Shown: positions 1 through 15,921 of the stretch, piece after piece
Numbering within the stretch: position 1 is the stretch's first letter
Layout of the letters: every line of letters starts with the position of its first letter
Source: the human T2T-CHM13v2.0 reference genome, Homo sapiens
Assembly (NCBI RefSeq): GCF_009914755.1
Contig: NC_060934.1
Length of the DNA stretch: 64,000 nucleotides
Reading direction: 5' to 3' (one strand)
Translations under genes and position numbers: made by a program
The notes under the pieces: model-generated
What the model was told of the DNA's origin: nothing
Seen by the model: the letters and a program-made list of their open reading frames with translations, nothing else
The model's database searches: none

Positions 1-2199
1 TCTCATTTCTAAATATGCCTCTATATGGCAAAGCAATTAAGTCATTTTGTTTCAGCTTCTGATTTTACTCTTCTGAGCCCAATGTTTTTGCAACGTTTAT
101 TCAATGGAGTTATAAAGAAACCTCACCTGAATCACCTTTTAAATGAAAGAGTCGCTAACCCTTTGTGGTGCTTTATCTGCGCAGTGGGAGTGAGGGTAAC
201 GAGTAGCAGCAGGAGCTGGAAGGCCTCTTCCCTCCCTCCTCCCCAGGAGTCTGGGCTCTCAGCTGGAGGCCACTGTACCATGGCAACTTCCATTTCAATG
301 ACATTATTTCTAATGAATGACTGCCCGAGGGTTTACAGGGTGTTTCTGGCCCCAGCTCAGTGTAACCAGCAGGAGTTGGGAGCGGGACGATTTCCTGTCC
401 CCTCACCCAGTGGTTTCTGCTTCACCATGAAAGATCACAAGAGTATTTGATGTTGGTTCTTGGGACAGAAATCGGTTAATTAAAATCAGTAAGTGTTTGG
501 ACAAATTGAATGCAAGCCACACATTGTTGGCAGAGCACAGGTACCAGAAAGGCAGGCAGAAGTCGGCCCCCAGAGAGCACAGATACAGGAAGCCCCTCTC
601 TTCAGTCAGTCCCCCAGTTCATCAGTAATGAGAGCAAACGCAACAGGAGAGACAGAAACACAGCAACAAGCCATCTTTTCCTTCCGGCCAAACCTCCCTG
701 ACTCTCCTGGCGGCTCATCTCCCAACCTGAAAGGCTTATCGCAGAGCCTAGATGACTGGTTTGATTTTTGCTCGTTCTCTTCCTGCACCAAAAGGTAGAC
801 AGAGATTGAGAGAGGGAGAGAGAGGGAACAGAAAAGAGAGCAGGGGGTCTGAATAATCTTTAAAGTAGGTAATTATCAATACGCATCAAGAAACTTTATC
901 ATTGTCCCAAGAATGAAGGTGTTAATGATGTTTGAGTTGGAGGAACGTGCTCACCAAGTTTTGTCTTTTTGAGACCCTCTTCTTTTGGAGGTCTGGCCTC
1001 CCTAATGGACTGACCCTCTGTGTCAGTCCCAGGGAGGGAAATGGAGATCCCCCCCGGGACTTAAAGTAGCCATTCTTCTAGTTGCAGAGCAATCAAGATA
1101 CCTTTTCATCAAGGAAATGAATGAGGTTAGCACTCACCTTCCATTGCTGGGGCACAAAACAAGCGTGCCAAGGCCTTCTTGAGCTCAAGTTTATAAGATT
1201 CATGAATAAAAAAATGTGTCTTTCTGTTGAGTGCTATAGTGGTTTGGGAGGATCATAGTCAAAACATTCCTTATTAGAAAGGGCCTATTAAACACAGCCG
1301 GGGCCTTCACAAAACGTAATGTGAATATGTTTCCTGCAATTTGCAAGATGTATTTAAATATGTGTATAGACTGTTTAATTTTCTGCATGCCTGAATATCT
1401 TCACTTGCATACAAATTCTCTATTGTAATTGGCCAGGGAGGCTAATTACAAACAATTTATAAATTGAAGTGTTAACTACGTGTTTGGCACAGAACTAAGC
1501 CAGGAACACATTACCCAGTGCTCGAGAATGGAAATACAGACAGGCTGGATCTGAAGACTCAACTGGGGTGTGACATGTGGATGGTGGATCTTGAGGGCCA
1601 GCCCCTAGATCCACATGCAGAAGGAGACGTGCCATTTACATGGTCAACCGCACACCAGCCAGTGACTATTTTGAATGGGTTGCTTTGCATTTTATGACAC
1701 GCATGCATTTAGTGATGTGAGATATTATAAGGCTGGCTTTCATTTCAAAGGCAGTTATTTAAACATACTTAACCTGTATAATTCTTCCCTTTGCTATTTA
1801 GATAACTGAAAGATTGAAATTGGGAAATGGAATTTTCTTAGAGCTAGGAGAGATCTTACATACGATTCACCATTTTACTCTGTACATTTTTCTAGGTGGT
1901 GTGTCTGAGGATGAGAGGAGGCAGGAAACCATCAAAGGGCATACAGCTTGTTTGGGACAAGGAGAAAAGCAGTGGGATGGGGGTGTCAGCCCTTCTCACA
2001 TGTTCTAATCACCAACCTGTCCTTCGCTATTGGCTCCTTCCCTCTATCTGTAAATGTCATCAAATCTCTTTCTCCCAATACAAATAAGTAAATAAATAAA
2101 CAGCCAAACACCAACATAGCCCCCAAACCGACTCCCCACTACCTTCAGTGTTCCCCTAGTAACTATCCTGACTCTCGTCTTCTCATCCACACTATTTAT

Positions 2200-2745
2200 A
2201 AAAAGCAGCCATTGTCGTTGGGCTGTCTTTATAAGCACTCTGTCCTCAGGCCACTCTCAATGGGCCTCTTCCTGCTCCAAATCCAATGGACTTTCTTCTG
2301 TCTTCTAGGGGACCCTTCTCCTTTGTCCCTTCATAGCCCCTGGTTTCTTTGACACCGCCCTGCCCTGCTTCTGCCCACGGCTCTCGGAACCCTCCTTCTG
2401 TCCTCCGCGAGCCTGTCTCCTCGCTGGCATGCCCACGTTCTGCAGGATTCTGTACCTGCTCATAGCTCCTCCCACTTTATGCTCTGTCCTGGGCCACGCT
2501 TTTCACGCTCATGATCAACTACAAATGAAGTGCGATGTCTCCCTGATTCTGAATGTCACTTCTGAGCTTCAAATCTAAATAGTCAACAGCTTGTTGGACA
2601 TCTCCACCCGGAAGTACTACAGGAACTTCAAACTCAACACATCAACAGTGGAATTCATGACTGGGCCAGGCACTGCGTTTTCTTCATCTTTGTGTATCCA
2701 GCACCTAGCAGACAGCAGGCACTCAGGAATTGTTGGCTGAGTAAG
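2200..2745 (+). mobile_element. Degenerate L2 fragment(s)
   Basis: L2-like motifs TTGGACATCTCCAC...CAAACTCAACA and a 3'-end-like CCAGCACCTAGCA...CACTCA. Confidence 0.5.
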
Positions 2746-2854
2746 CATCTTACTTGGAAGGCAGAGGGGCGGAAATGTTTGAGAATTATAGGAGTGTGTA
2801 AAAGTCCCAAAGTGATGCAAGGAATGTAGGTTGGAGTGTTCATCAAAACTGCGT

Positions 2855-3335
2855 TTCCTAGAAGTCATTATATGAAAAGGACACTAGCACACGTAAATTT
2901 ACAGCAGCACAATTCACAATTGCAGAGATGTGGAACCAACCTAAGTGCCCATCAACCAATGAGTGGGTAAGGAAAACGTGGTATATATACACCATGGAAT
3001 ACTACTCAGCCATTAGAAGGGAGGAAATAATGTCTTTTGCAACAACTTGGATGGAGCTGGAGGCCATTATTCTAAGTGAAGTAACACAGGAGTGGAAAAC
3101 CAAAACCACATGATCTCACTTATAAGTTGGAGCTAAGCTATGAGTATGCAAAGGCATACCGTGTGATGTCATGGACTTTAAAGATGCAGAAAGGGGAAGT
3201 GGGTGTACAGTGTGATATCATGGACTTTAAAGATGCAGACAGGGGAAGTGGGTGGGGGACTGGGGATAAATCACCACTATATAATTCATCCATGTAACAA
3301 AAAGCACCACTTATACCCCACAAACTATTGAAATA
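2855..3335 (+). mobile_element. L1 3' end (L1PB/L1MA-like)
   Basis: ORF 2928-3113 matches the ORF2 C-terminus (WNQPKCPS..MEYYSAI), followed by 3'UTR. Confidence 0.85.
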
Positions 3336-3469
3336 CGTTTTTTTTTAAAGGAAAGAAACTGATGCACTCAAATAAAATAATAAAATCCCAGGTCTTTGAA
3401 AATGAATGCTTCATGGTTAGGCATCACAGTCTAGTGAATATCCTGAGCCAGCCAGTCAGCTGCTTTCAT

Positions 3470-3758
3470 CTTTTTTTTTTTTTTTTTTTTTTGTAAATGA
3501 GGCAGGGTCTCACTGTGTAGCCCAGGCTGGAGTGCAGTGGTGTGATCTCAGCTCACCGCAACCTCTGCCCTTTAGGCTAAAATTAAAGCCTTCCTCCCAC
3601 CTCAGCCTCTCGTGTAGCTGGGGCCACAGGCATGCACCACCACACCTGCCTAATTTTTTTTGTTGTTGTTTTTTTGTATTTTTTCTAGAGACACAGCCAC
3701 CTCCCTTGGCCTCCCAAAGTGCTGGGATTACAGTCACGAGTCTTGGCCACACCCGGCC
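3470..3758 (-). mobile_element. Alu (J-like, internal deletion)
   Basis: poly-T followed by reverse-complement Alu motifs. Confidence 0.9.
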
Positions 3759-4297
3759 CTTGGCTACTGTTTGAAGCTACTATTACCTTCTTGCTTACGA
3801 AGTTGCTCATTTACTTCTCAGGGCCAGCTAGGTGCCTGGAACTTCCCTTGAAGGAACTCAAGATTTTCCTTTATTTTCATGTTTGGGGGTGCTCAGCAGA
3901 CCCTTAGAGAGGTCCCTGCTCCATCTCACCAAATCAAGACATTCTTAGAGGTTCATGAAACTAAGGCATGCTCAGAACACCAGAACCAAAGAAACTTCTG
4001 CCCCAAATGTACACTTAGGTCTTTCCCTCTCTCAAGCTGGGAGCAGGGTGGATCCTGGGTGTGCAGGGCTGGGACAGAGGGAGCAGTGCTGTGGGGGGAA
4101 GAGGGATCTATAAATTTTACTATAAGTGTGGGTAAAAATTTTGCTTTCTTATCAGCCAGAACCAAATTTTTCTTATAGGCAGGATCAAAGTTCATTTAAG
4201 AGCATTTTTTCATCAACTGCTTAAAGAGAAGATAAAACTTTGAGCATCTGAATTATCACAAGCCAAGATGATTAAAAAAACAAACAAACAAAAACAT

Positions 4298-4610
4298 GCT
4301 GGAAATGATGGCTCACGCCTGTAATCCCAGCACTTTCGGAGGCTGAGGCAGGTGGATCACCAGGTCAGGAGTTCAAGACCAGCCTGGCCAATATGGTGAA
4401 ACCCTGTCTCTACTAAAAATACAAAAAATAGCCGGGAGTGGTGGTGGGTGCCTATAGTCCCAGCTACATGGGGGGCTGAGGCAGGAGAATCGCTTGAATG
4501 GAAGGCGGAGGTTGCAGTGAGCCAAGATACCATCACTGCACTCCAGCCTAGGCAACAGAGCAAGACACTGTCTTAAAAAAAACAAAAAACAAAAAACAGA
4601 ACAAAAGAAA
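4298..4610 (+). mobile_element. Alu (S-like)
   Basis: GGCTCACGCCTGTAATCCCAGCACTTT through to an A-rich tail. Confidence 0.93.
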
Positions 4611-4879
4611 AATAGGCTGTTTGGTCAGAGAGAAAAGAGAAAACAAGAGGAAAAACCCCAGAAGGGGAGCAGGAGGAGAAGCATCATTTAAGGAACAGGA
4701 ATTGCTTATGTCTGAGTTTTTTGCGTTGGAAATCTAGATCTTTCAATCTTCCTAAACCTTCTAAGGAAAGTCCATATAAATGTCTTCTATGGAAGGTTTA
4801 ATTTTATTTCTGTGTTGTAGAAAGGAAGAAAAGAAACCTCTTTTCTGTCAGTAACAACCATAACAATGAAAGGATTTTT

Positions 4880-5239
<360 letters not shown>

Positions 5240-5549
5240 TCAGCAGAAGTGGAGGCTCAGAGCCAGAAAAGACCATGAGAATGTAAGCTCTTTAGTGCTC
5301 AGAAATCTTGCAGAAGGCCTTGGACTTTCCAATGTTCCTAGAGTCACTCTTCCCAGGATCTTGAAGGACCAGTGGCCATAGCTAATATGTGGATGACCCC
5401 TTCGTACAAGTGCCCAGCATAACCAGACAGGACCTGCACTTTATGGGTTTGTAGTTGCATCGATTCTGGACTTTCTTGTGCTTTGTACCTTCCTATTTCT
5501 TCTCTAGGCCTATGGTCTCACCACCTTTTTCTTTCAAGAAAAATGATCC

Positions 5550-5838
5550 ACTGGGCACGGTGGCTCACTCCTGTATTCCCAGGACTTTGGGAGCCTGAGG
5601 CAGAAGGATCACTTGAGACCAGGAGTTTAAGACCAGCCTGGGCAACATAGCAAGACCCCATCTCTACTAAGAAAAATAATTTTAAAAAAATAGACCGTTG
5701 TGGTGGCAGGCGCCTGTAATCCCAGCTACTCAGGAGGCTGATGTGAGAGTTTGAGGCTACAGTGAGCTTTGATCATGCCACTGCACTCCAGCCTGAGTGA
5801 CAGAGTGAGACCCTGACTCTTAAAAAAAAAAAAAAAGA
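5550..5838 (+). mobile_element. Alu (J-like)
   Basis: Dimer with poly-A tail. Confidence 0.9.
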
Positions 5839-6453
5839 GAGAAAAATGGTCAAAAACTTGAAAATCAGGCAAATTGGTGGCAGCATGTCCTTTCAATGTC
5901 ACATGGGGGTAGAAGCATTTTCTTCAACTCACTGTTAACTGTTGTTTAAAATTCCTAGACTTAGAGAAGTTATGTGTTAAGTTATAGATTTTTCCTTGAT
6001 AGAGATGAAAGTCATTTCTATCTGGCAGGAAAAACAAAAACAACTCCAAAGTGTATAGTTTATTTCCCTGTAAGATATTAACTAGCTTGTATCTAACCCA
6101 GTAATCGTACCCTAACATTCCTTTTGTAAATTGCCTGTAAATACCTAGCTTTTCACATCTCTCCGACCTGGTATTAAGACCTTACTGATTTCCTCATTAA
6201 TTAATGAGTCAGATAAAGTGTTTGACATGTATTCATTTTATACTCGCATGAAGAGTCCTGGATTTATCTTTTTGGAAACTGTGATTTTGCTCTCTCTGCA
6301 CTTGTAGACCTCAGGGTATGGTTTGTTCTTCTGTTACAGGGAAAACCCAGAGCTGCAGAATCAACTAATTGGTTAGACTCACCATTTGCATAGCATAGTG
6401 CCTGGCACAGTTACTCACATATTTGGGGTTTTTTGGTTCTGTTTTGGTGGGCT

Positions 6454-6760
<307 letters not shown>

Positions 6761-6935
6761 TCAAATATTTGCTGAATGTTGCGTGTGTTCTGTCCTCTGT
6801 TGTCCCCAGTCTGCTTTGATGATGAGGCTCCACTCTTGAGGTCCCTGGATTGACTCTCAGCCATCAAGGGGGAAAGGCTTCCTGAGTCCTCAGGGAATAG
6901 TCAGAAGGTGGGTGACCCCGATGCTCTTTTCCCAG

Positions 6936-7292
6936 TGTATTAATCCATTTTCACAATGCTGTTAAAGACATAACCGAGACTGGGCAATTTACAAAAGAAA
7001 GAGGTTTAATGGATTCACAGTTCCACATGACTGGAGAGGCCTCACAATCATGGTGGAAGGTGAAAGGCACGTCTCACATGGCAGCAGACAAGAGAAGAGC
7101 TTGTGCAGGGAAACTCCCATTTTTAAAACCATTCGATATCGTGAGACTTACTCACTATCAGAGAACAGCCTGGGAAAGACCCACTCCCCATGATTCAATT
7201 ACCTCTCACTGGGTTCCTCCCATGAAATGTGGGAATTGTGGGAGTTACAATTCCAGATGGGATTTTGGTGGGGACACAGCCAAACCATATCA
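6936..7292 (-). mobile_element. THE1-family (ERVL-MaLR) solo LTR
   Basis: 357 bp with TG...CA termini; reverse strand begins TGATATGGTTTGGCTGTGTCCCC. Exact 5-bp TSD CCCAG at 6931-6935 and 7293-7297. Confidence 0.93.
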
Positions 7293-7450
7293 CCCAGTGC
7301 AGAGAGAGGATGCCATAGCCCAAGGGAAGCTTGTCCTCAGCAGGGCCCCATTAAGTCTCTTACTCAGGGTTCATGACTTTGGCTGGGCATTAGAATCAAT
7401 GAGGGAGTTTTTTAAAACCTGCATCAGGACCCCATCTTCAGGGAGACTGA

Positions 7451-7929
<479 letters not shown>

Positions 7930-9364
7930 GCATCTGCATTTTTTTGAAATGTCCTGACGATTGCATTATGCAGCCAGGGTTTGGAACCACAGTTCCAGCC
8001 CTGTCCCTCAGCTGGCCCAAGGGATTGCAGGCCGTCCCTCCCATTGTCTCTCCTCAAATGTGGGTAACCTGAGCTGTGTTCTAAGGGCCTCCCAGGGGTG
8101 TTATTCCCTGTGCCGCCGGCCACATGTTGGTCTTTGTGGTGGGCCCCAAGGAGCTCCAAAGTCCACAGAAAAATCCCAATTCCTCAAAGACTCTCATCTT
8201 TCTCCCCACCGCCCGCGCAGACTGCTCCATTGTCGATTTTTTCCTTTCCTCTTCTTTTTTCTCTTCTAAATTCTGAGTTCCTGGCAGACACTAAAATGTC
8301 TCAGAAGCAGAAACCAGCTTTGATCAACTGTCAGCAGAGTCGAAAACTACAATTTTATCTCCTTTCTCTAAGGTCCTTCTTGGGCACCCCGTGGCAGGCC
8401 TTTGGGCTGCCTTGTGCACATGACCCGCTTCCCTGGCCTCCGTCCCAGCCCGACCTCTCCTGCCCTCCACTCTCTGCCCCTCCCCTCCTCTGTCCTTCCC
8501 ACCCCCCTGCAAATTAATGTGTTGCTGCTGCTGAGAGAGTGGGTTCTGGAGCGGGCTTCTTTCTGGCCTCTCTGCCATCACAGGCTGGCAGCTTCAAAGC
8601 TCGAGTCATCCTGTTTCCGTCTGCCCCTGAGCCCGCGTGGCTTGGCTTCACTGCAGGGGTCAGAAGTGCAGCCTCAGCCGATGACAGCAGCCTGGCCTGG
8701 CCCGACAGTGACCAGGGGACTCACACCCATCTGATGTCTCCCCTCCTCTGCTATTATCCCTCCCCTTCTCCGCTATTTTCTCTCCCCTTCTCCACCTCCT
8801 CCGGCCCCAAACAGTCCTTCCTCTGGAAAGATAAGGCCCTCTTCTCAGTTCCCGCATCCCTTCCCTTTTATGCCAGACAGAGGCAGCCCTTTGTGAAGGG
8901 GGGTACGGGCTTTTGCACAAATATTTAATCTCTTCCAATCTGCCCTTTTGCACTGCCTGTCAGTTCCTGGGGTTGAAACCACTCTGTTTGCTTTAGCTGG
9001 CAACAGGATACTGTTTTGAAAACCTATATTTGCTTTTCAAGGCAAGTATATATTTAGTTTTTTCATCCTCACCAAGAATTATGCTGCCAGTTGGGGTGTG
9101 GTCTTGAGCAGGCAGGGAAATCTAGCGATGAGTTTACCTTTTCCCTGTAGCTTAGAAATCTTAGTAGCAGGGACTTGTGAAAATTAACTTAGCCTCAGTT
9201 TCAGGTTGTCTCATTCAGCCACGATCTGCCCTCTTGCTTTTTGAACATGCCTTTATTTCACATAAAATGTAGTTTATCTTGTCGAAGTGTCTGCAGGTCC
9301 TGTTAGAAATCACCTGGTACAAAATCATAGAGAAGGAAAAATACCGAAATAGAATAATAATTAC

Positions 9365-9535
9365 TTTTTTTTTTTTTTTTTTTAGAGATAGGGTCTTTCT
9401 CTGGTGCCCAGGCTGAGTGCAGTGGTGCCATCATAGCTCACTGTAGCCTTGAACTTCCAGGATCAATCGATCCTTCCACCTCAGCCTGCCAAGCAGCTGG
9501 GACTAGCAGGCATGCACCTCCATCCCCAGCTGAAT
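9365..9535 (-). mobile_element. Alu right monomer (J/FRAM-like), followed by MIR-like sequence to ~9760
   Basis: poly-T plus right-arm motifs only. Confidence 0.8.
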
Positions 9536-9925
9536 TAGTCACCAACGCTTTTTAAAAGCCTGGTTTGTGCCATGTGCTTCTAACACAGTTGCTAGTCCTT
9601 CCCATGGCCGTGCATGGCAAATATTGTTATTCCTATTTTACAGGAGGTGAAACACAGAACTTCAGTGTCTTGTCTGTACTCACGGAGCTAGTCTCAGAGG
9701 AGGTGGGCTTAACTTAACTCTGGCAGCTTCTCAAGGGCGCCCTGTCTACTCCCCACTCTGCACAGCTATCAACTTTGCTCTATCACCAGGGACAGAGGAC
9801 CTGGAGCTACAGTAAGGGCATGTTTTGGGTTTTTCAGTACAGTACCAACTTGAAATGTTTTCTGTTAGTACCAACCAAATGGTAGATGATGGATCAAACT
9901 GTGATCAGCTTTCATACTTTTGGTC

Positions 9926-10240
<315 letters not shown>

Positions 10241-10979
10241 TAGAGTTTTGAAAAATATTTTCTACCCTACAAAGAATGTAGATTATTGTTATGAACAGAG
10301 CCTAACCAATAAGGTGAGTAAAACAATGCCTCCATTCAATACCCAGCGTTTCTTTTGGGTTACATCAGCAAAGGAGGCCCCAGTGGTAAAAAATGTGCAA
10401 ACTGCAGCTTCGTGTAAGGAAACGGATTCTTTACCTCTCTCCTCTCTCCTGTTCTCCAGCAAGACTCTGCTTATTAGCTTCTGCCCTTGTGCTTCCTCTT
10501 CTCTTTCTGTTACTGGAGGATCAGTTTAAACAGAGGTGCTTGCTGAATCTGTAAATCAGAACAGTTTCTGAGTGTCCCCTGTTCCGTTTCCCTGAACTTG
10601 TGGAATCGGATGAGAGACGGGAGAAAAATGAGGAAAAGAATCACCTGTTCAAGGCAGAGTGCTGTGAAGCTGCCTTCCTGGCCCCTAAGGAGCCTCATGT
10701 TACTCCCAAAGCTTCTACTACACCCAGGATTCCTCCCAGATCAGGACCCTAAGCTCTCCCTGGCTGCGGCTTTTTTGCAAGCTGGATGTGTGAATTTCCA
10801 CCCTTAGACATCATTGCGTGTAAAGAACTGCTCTCAGCCTGAGCCCTGGGGGATAGCAATGTCCGTCCTCAAGCAGTCGGACCCTTCAAGACAGAAGCAC
10901 TGTAGAGGAAATCCGATAACCTGGAGAAACATCGCCAGGAGGCTGAGTGGGCCTGGAGTGGGCTAATTAGCCTACGTAT

Positions 10980-11255
10980 CTTGCTGTGTTGCCCAGCCAG
11001 ACTAGAGGGCAGTGGTATAATTACAGCTCACTGCAGCCTCAGCCTCCCAAGCTGAAGTGATCCTCCCACTTCAGCCTCTCAAATAGCTGGGACCACAGGC
11101 GTGTACCACCACACTTGGCTAATTTTAAAACTTTTTGTAGAGATGGGATCTTGCCCTGTTGCCCAGGCTGGTCTCCAAATCCTGGGCTCAAGCAATCTTC
11201 CAGACTCAGCCTCCCCAAGTGCTGGGGTTACAGGCATGAGCCACCATGCATGGCC
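10980..11255 (-). mobile_element. Alu (J-like, tail lost)
   Basis: Reverse Alu motifs. Confidence 0.88.
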
Positions 11256-11859
11256 CTTAAACCTTTTAAATCAAAAAATGTAATTGGTTTCTAGTTGGAA
11301 AAAGTAACTGTTGTTTATTGGGAGTTTCAATTTTAGATATCTAGATCATTTTCCTTCCATTTTGGAGACACAGAGAAAATCTTTCTGGCTTTCTTGATAA
11401 AGCCTCTACTTTTAAAATTCACCTTGAAGAGATTAAATTGCTCCTGCAGATCTTTCAGGGGCTGGCTTAGGGTTTGTGCCATATTTGAGACACTCAAGGA
11501 AGTGGCTATATGGAACGCAGGTGAAGGGCTCAGGTACTTCCTGTTCGTAAAGGAACTAGGACACGTTCTGTCATTGAGTTCTGAAGATCCCCGCAGGGCA
11601 GCAGGGGCCTCTTGGATTCTCTGCTGTCGCGCTGTGGCCCCTGGGCGATAGTTACCCCTTCCGTATCTCAGGGATGTGTGTGGAATGAAGGTTACATTCC
11701 CCTATATCCCAAGGTTGTTGTGAGGAGCATATGAAATAATAAACATGAACTTGATTTGAAAACAAAAATGTTCTTAATGCGAGGTCTGATTTGTATTCCT
11801 TCTGTGATTCCACATGTGTCCAGTGGCACAAAAAAACCCATCAAATTTTTTAATTAATT

Positions 11860-12173
<314 letters not shown>

Positions 12174-13032
12174 TAACTATTATGTGTTTAGCACTGCAGA
12201 AGGGACTGTGGACAATATAACAGTGAAAGACATGGTCTAGGCCTCAAGTAGCTTACAGGCTGGATGAGGACACCAATTCCCAGTGACCTAATCCTATGGC
12301 ACACACCAGCCACGAGTTCAGAGGCAAGAGCACTAGGGGGTTAGAGGAGCAGGGAGCTTCATGTTGGCTGGGTCAGGCTTGAACAGGCTTTAGGGGAGAA
12401 GCACAACCTCCAAGTTTGGGAAAAACCAGGAGCAAGGACATCTGTAGGGAAATGATATACTGGGTATAAAAGGAATCAAGAGAAAATTGCAGACCAGACC
12501 AGAAAGCATCCAGGAACAAACAACAGAGAACAAGTTGGGATACAAAGAGCCAGATGCTGGAGATAGCAGGGGCTGTCCCAAGAACCAGGCAGAGCTGAGT
12601 CCCCACAGAAAGCATGTCCCCACATAAGCCAGTCACTATCCCCTAATACCCAAGAGTCTGCTCAGTGTACCTGGTAACCAACAGATAATGTGGCCATGGG
12701 GAGAAAATGAAAATCTACTTCCAAATATCTATAAAGGGAACATGAGTGTGGGTTTTTCTAAAATATACTTCTGTTGAATAAAGATAGCTCAGGCATAGAA
12801 GTAGTCATTTCCTCTTGAATTTCTGAAGGCATTAATTATGGAAAATTATCTGGGAAATGCATTTTTTACCCTAAATTATTATAGAAATAAATCAAATATG
12901 GGGGAAGAGTAGGATTGCATGCTTAGAAATTTTATGAGTTTTGCAAAAAGATACATGAGTCTAATGGTAGCACACCCAGTGCCCTTTCACCTTGAATTTT
13001 GAAGCACTTATTTTTGGAGTCAGTTTTCCAAT

Positions 13033-13237
13033 CAGGGGTATCCAATCTTTTGACTTCCCTGGGCCACACTGGAAGAAGAAGAATTGTCTTAGGCCACAAA
13101 TAAAATACATGAACACTAACAATAGCTGATGAGCTAAAAAAAAAAAATCACAAACAAATCTCATAATATTTTAAGAAAGTCTACTAATTTGTGTTGGGCC
13201 ACATTTAAAGCCATCTGGGCTGGGTTTGAAAAGCTTG
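13033..13237. mobile_element. MER30-like hAT non-autonomous DNA transposon
   Basis: CAGGGGTATCCAATCTTTTG...GGCCACA...AAGCTTG matches the recalled MER30 layout. Confidence 0.75.
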
Positions 13238-13367
13238 ATTTAAGTAGAAGCTGGAATAACATGGGGAACTCTCTGGATGTTGGGGGTAAGAGCTGCAATT
13301 TTATCTATTTTGTCCTATTAGACTTTCCAGCAGGATTTGGGGTAAAAGCTTCAATTGAAAAAAAATG

Positions 13368-13620
13368 TTGCAGCCATAAAAAAGAATGAGTTCATGTCCT
13401 TTGCGGGGACATGGATGAACCTGGAAACCATCATCCTCAGCACACTAACATAAGAACAGAAAACCAAACACCACATGTTCTCACTCATAAGTGGGAGTTG
13501 AACAATGAGAACACATGGACACTGGGAGCAGAACATCACACACTGGGGCCTGTTGAGGGGGTTGGGGGAAAGGAGACGGAGAGCATTAGGACAAATACCT
13601 AATGCACACAGGGCTTAAAA
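13368..13620 (+). mobile_element. L1PA 3' fragment, abutting a reverse Alu left monomer (13625-13742)
   Basis: GCAGCCATAAAAAAGAATGAGTTCATGTCC...CAAATACCTAATGCA. Confidence 0.85.
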
Positions 13621-14256
13621 AATATTGTAAAGACAGAGTCTTGCTATGTTGCCCAGGCTTGTCTTGAACTCCTGGCCTCAAGCAATCTTCCCACCTTGGC
13701 CTCCCAGATTGTTGGGATTAAAAGCATGAGCCACTGTGCCTCACTGGAAGTCTTATTTATTTATTTTTTTTTCTGGAAAAAAGTGGATGGTTTTCTTCAA
13801 TAGCAAGATATGTCATGGAAAACTTGGAAAATGCCGAATGCAAAATACAGAAAATACAACTAAAAACCTTCATGAGAATTTTAATCATCAAACCATGAAT
13901 CTCAGTTGCCTTGTCTCTCCACATCTCTTGCGTGCGTGTAGGTACACAAATGGTGTCTAGGCTTGTGGGTATGCATACATCGATGGTCCTTCTGGGGTAC
14001 TCTTAAGGGGGTCCCGCCCCTCAGGTGCTCCTAGCTCTTAACCTAACCCTTCTGCATGTGTCCTGTTTCTGAGGATGGCCCTGAAGATGAGGGAGTCTTA
14101 TTTTCGAATGAGTCTTATTTCGAATGGCCACAGGAACCAGGACTCCCTACAATGAAGAAGGGACGTTTGTTTCCCTCAGGGCTAGAGCATTTTGGAGGCA
14201 ATTTTTCAAGTCTTAACACGATGCCATTAAGACATCATTGAAACTGAGTCAGGGTG

Positions 14257-14833
<577 letters not shown>

Positions 14834-14975
14834 TTCTTAAAAGTATAGCTTAATTTTCCCTCTCCAAGTTTGAGAAGGAATATTGGGAGGAAACGGGACA
14901 AGATGACACAGGCATTTGGACATTCACTGCAAACCCTAGGGCGTTGCTGCAAAGCATCCTGGGTCCAGTTCCAGT

Positions 14976-15045
14976 TTAGGAAACCTCACAGTCTTTTTTC
15001 CAGTCGGACAGGTCTCTCCCCTCACAGTGTTTCTTCCAGCCTTGC
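14976..15045 (-). CDS. LYZL2: Exon 5 coding part ([22 protein letters not shown])
   Basis: Long pyrimidine tract ending CTCAG|G. Stop TAA at 14976-14978. Confidence 0.96.
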
Positions 15046-15842
15046 CTGAGGACGAGAGGGAAGCAAGAGCAGCAGAAAGAAGCGTGACAATCCAAACCGT
15101 CTCAGTTTCAAAGTCTACAGAAATTAACCAAAATCGCCAGCGGAACCCTGGGTTGGGTTTCATTTGCTTCTGAGATCAAAGGACGCTGTCATTTTGCCTA
15201 GTTCAGACTTTGATCTCCTGGTTTTCTCCTAGCCACTGTTAGCCTCAGCAACAAGCAATCAACTTTTGTAAGGATGGGTCATTCCATGTCACACCCACAT
15301 CTGTGAAAATTCGGGTTCCCTGAGTGGGGCCGGCTGGCAATGTTCACCAGAACACAGCAGCGGGGAATGCAAGGCCCCAGGCTCAATGCTGGGGACGCTT
15401 TCTGCTGAGTCGCCATGACACAGACCTGCTCACTTTCCTCTTGCTGCTGCTCATTCTCTTTCCCTGCAAAATGTTGCCGTAACCTTCAAAATCTTATCCA
15501 AATCTAGAGCAAACTCAAGCTTTTTTTTCCCTCTGGTGAATTGACTCAATTGACCCTTTCCAAGTCACTTTAGAAAATACCTTTCTCCATTGTTTGGAAT
15601 ATGTTCATATGAAAAGCAATTGCAAATTATCTTAACTCACTCCCATGTCTCTGCTCCCTTTCTATGTACTACTATGTTCACTGCACACCCACACACTGAT
15701 GGAGGAGAATATAGACAAGGTCTCCTTCCATTGGTTGGACCACTCTGCGGAGGTGAGTTTGTCAATTCCACCATAACTGTGATAAATACACACACTAGGT
15801 TTTGCCCATGACAGCCCAAGTCTTCCAAGGAAAGACTCTTAC

Positions 15843-15921
15843 CAATAGTTCATTCCTTGTGTCTCTTTAACAATTTTCTTGGCACAGATAATCGCATCTG
15901 TGAGGTCATCAGTGACCAAGG
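15843..15921 (-). CDS. LYZL2: Exon 4 ([27 protein letters not shown])
   Basis: Acceptor CTCTTTTTACAG|CC and donor TATTG|GTAAGA. 79 nt, the typical size of this exon in c-type lysozymes. Not present in the ORF track. Confidence 0.96.

Noticed and set aside
25-798. ORFs of 141 and 101 aa at the window start
   Set aside because: No recognisable domain or exon structure; lengths are expected by chance.
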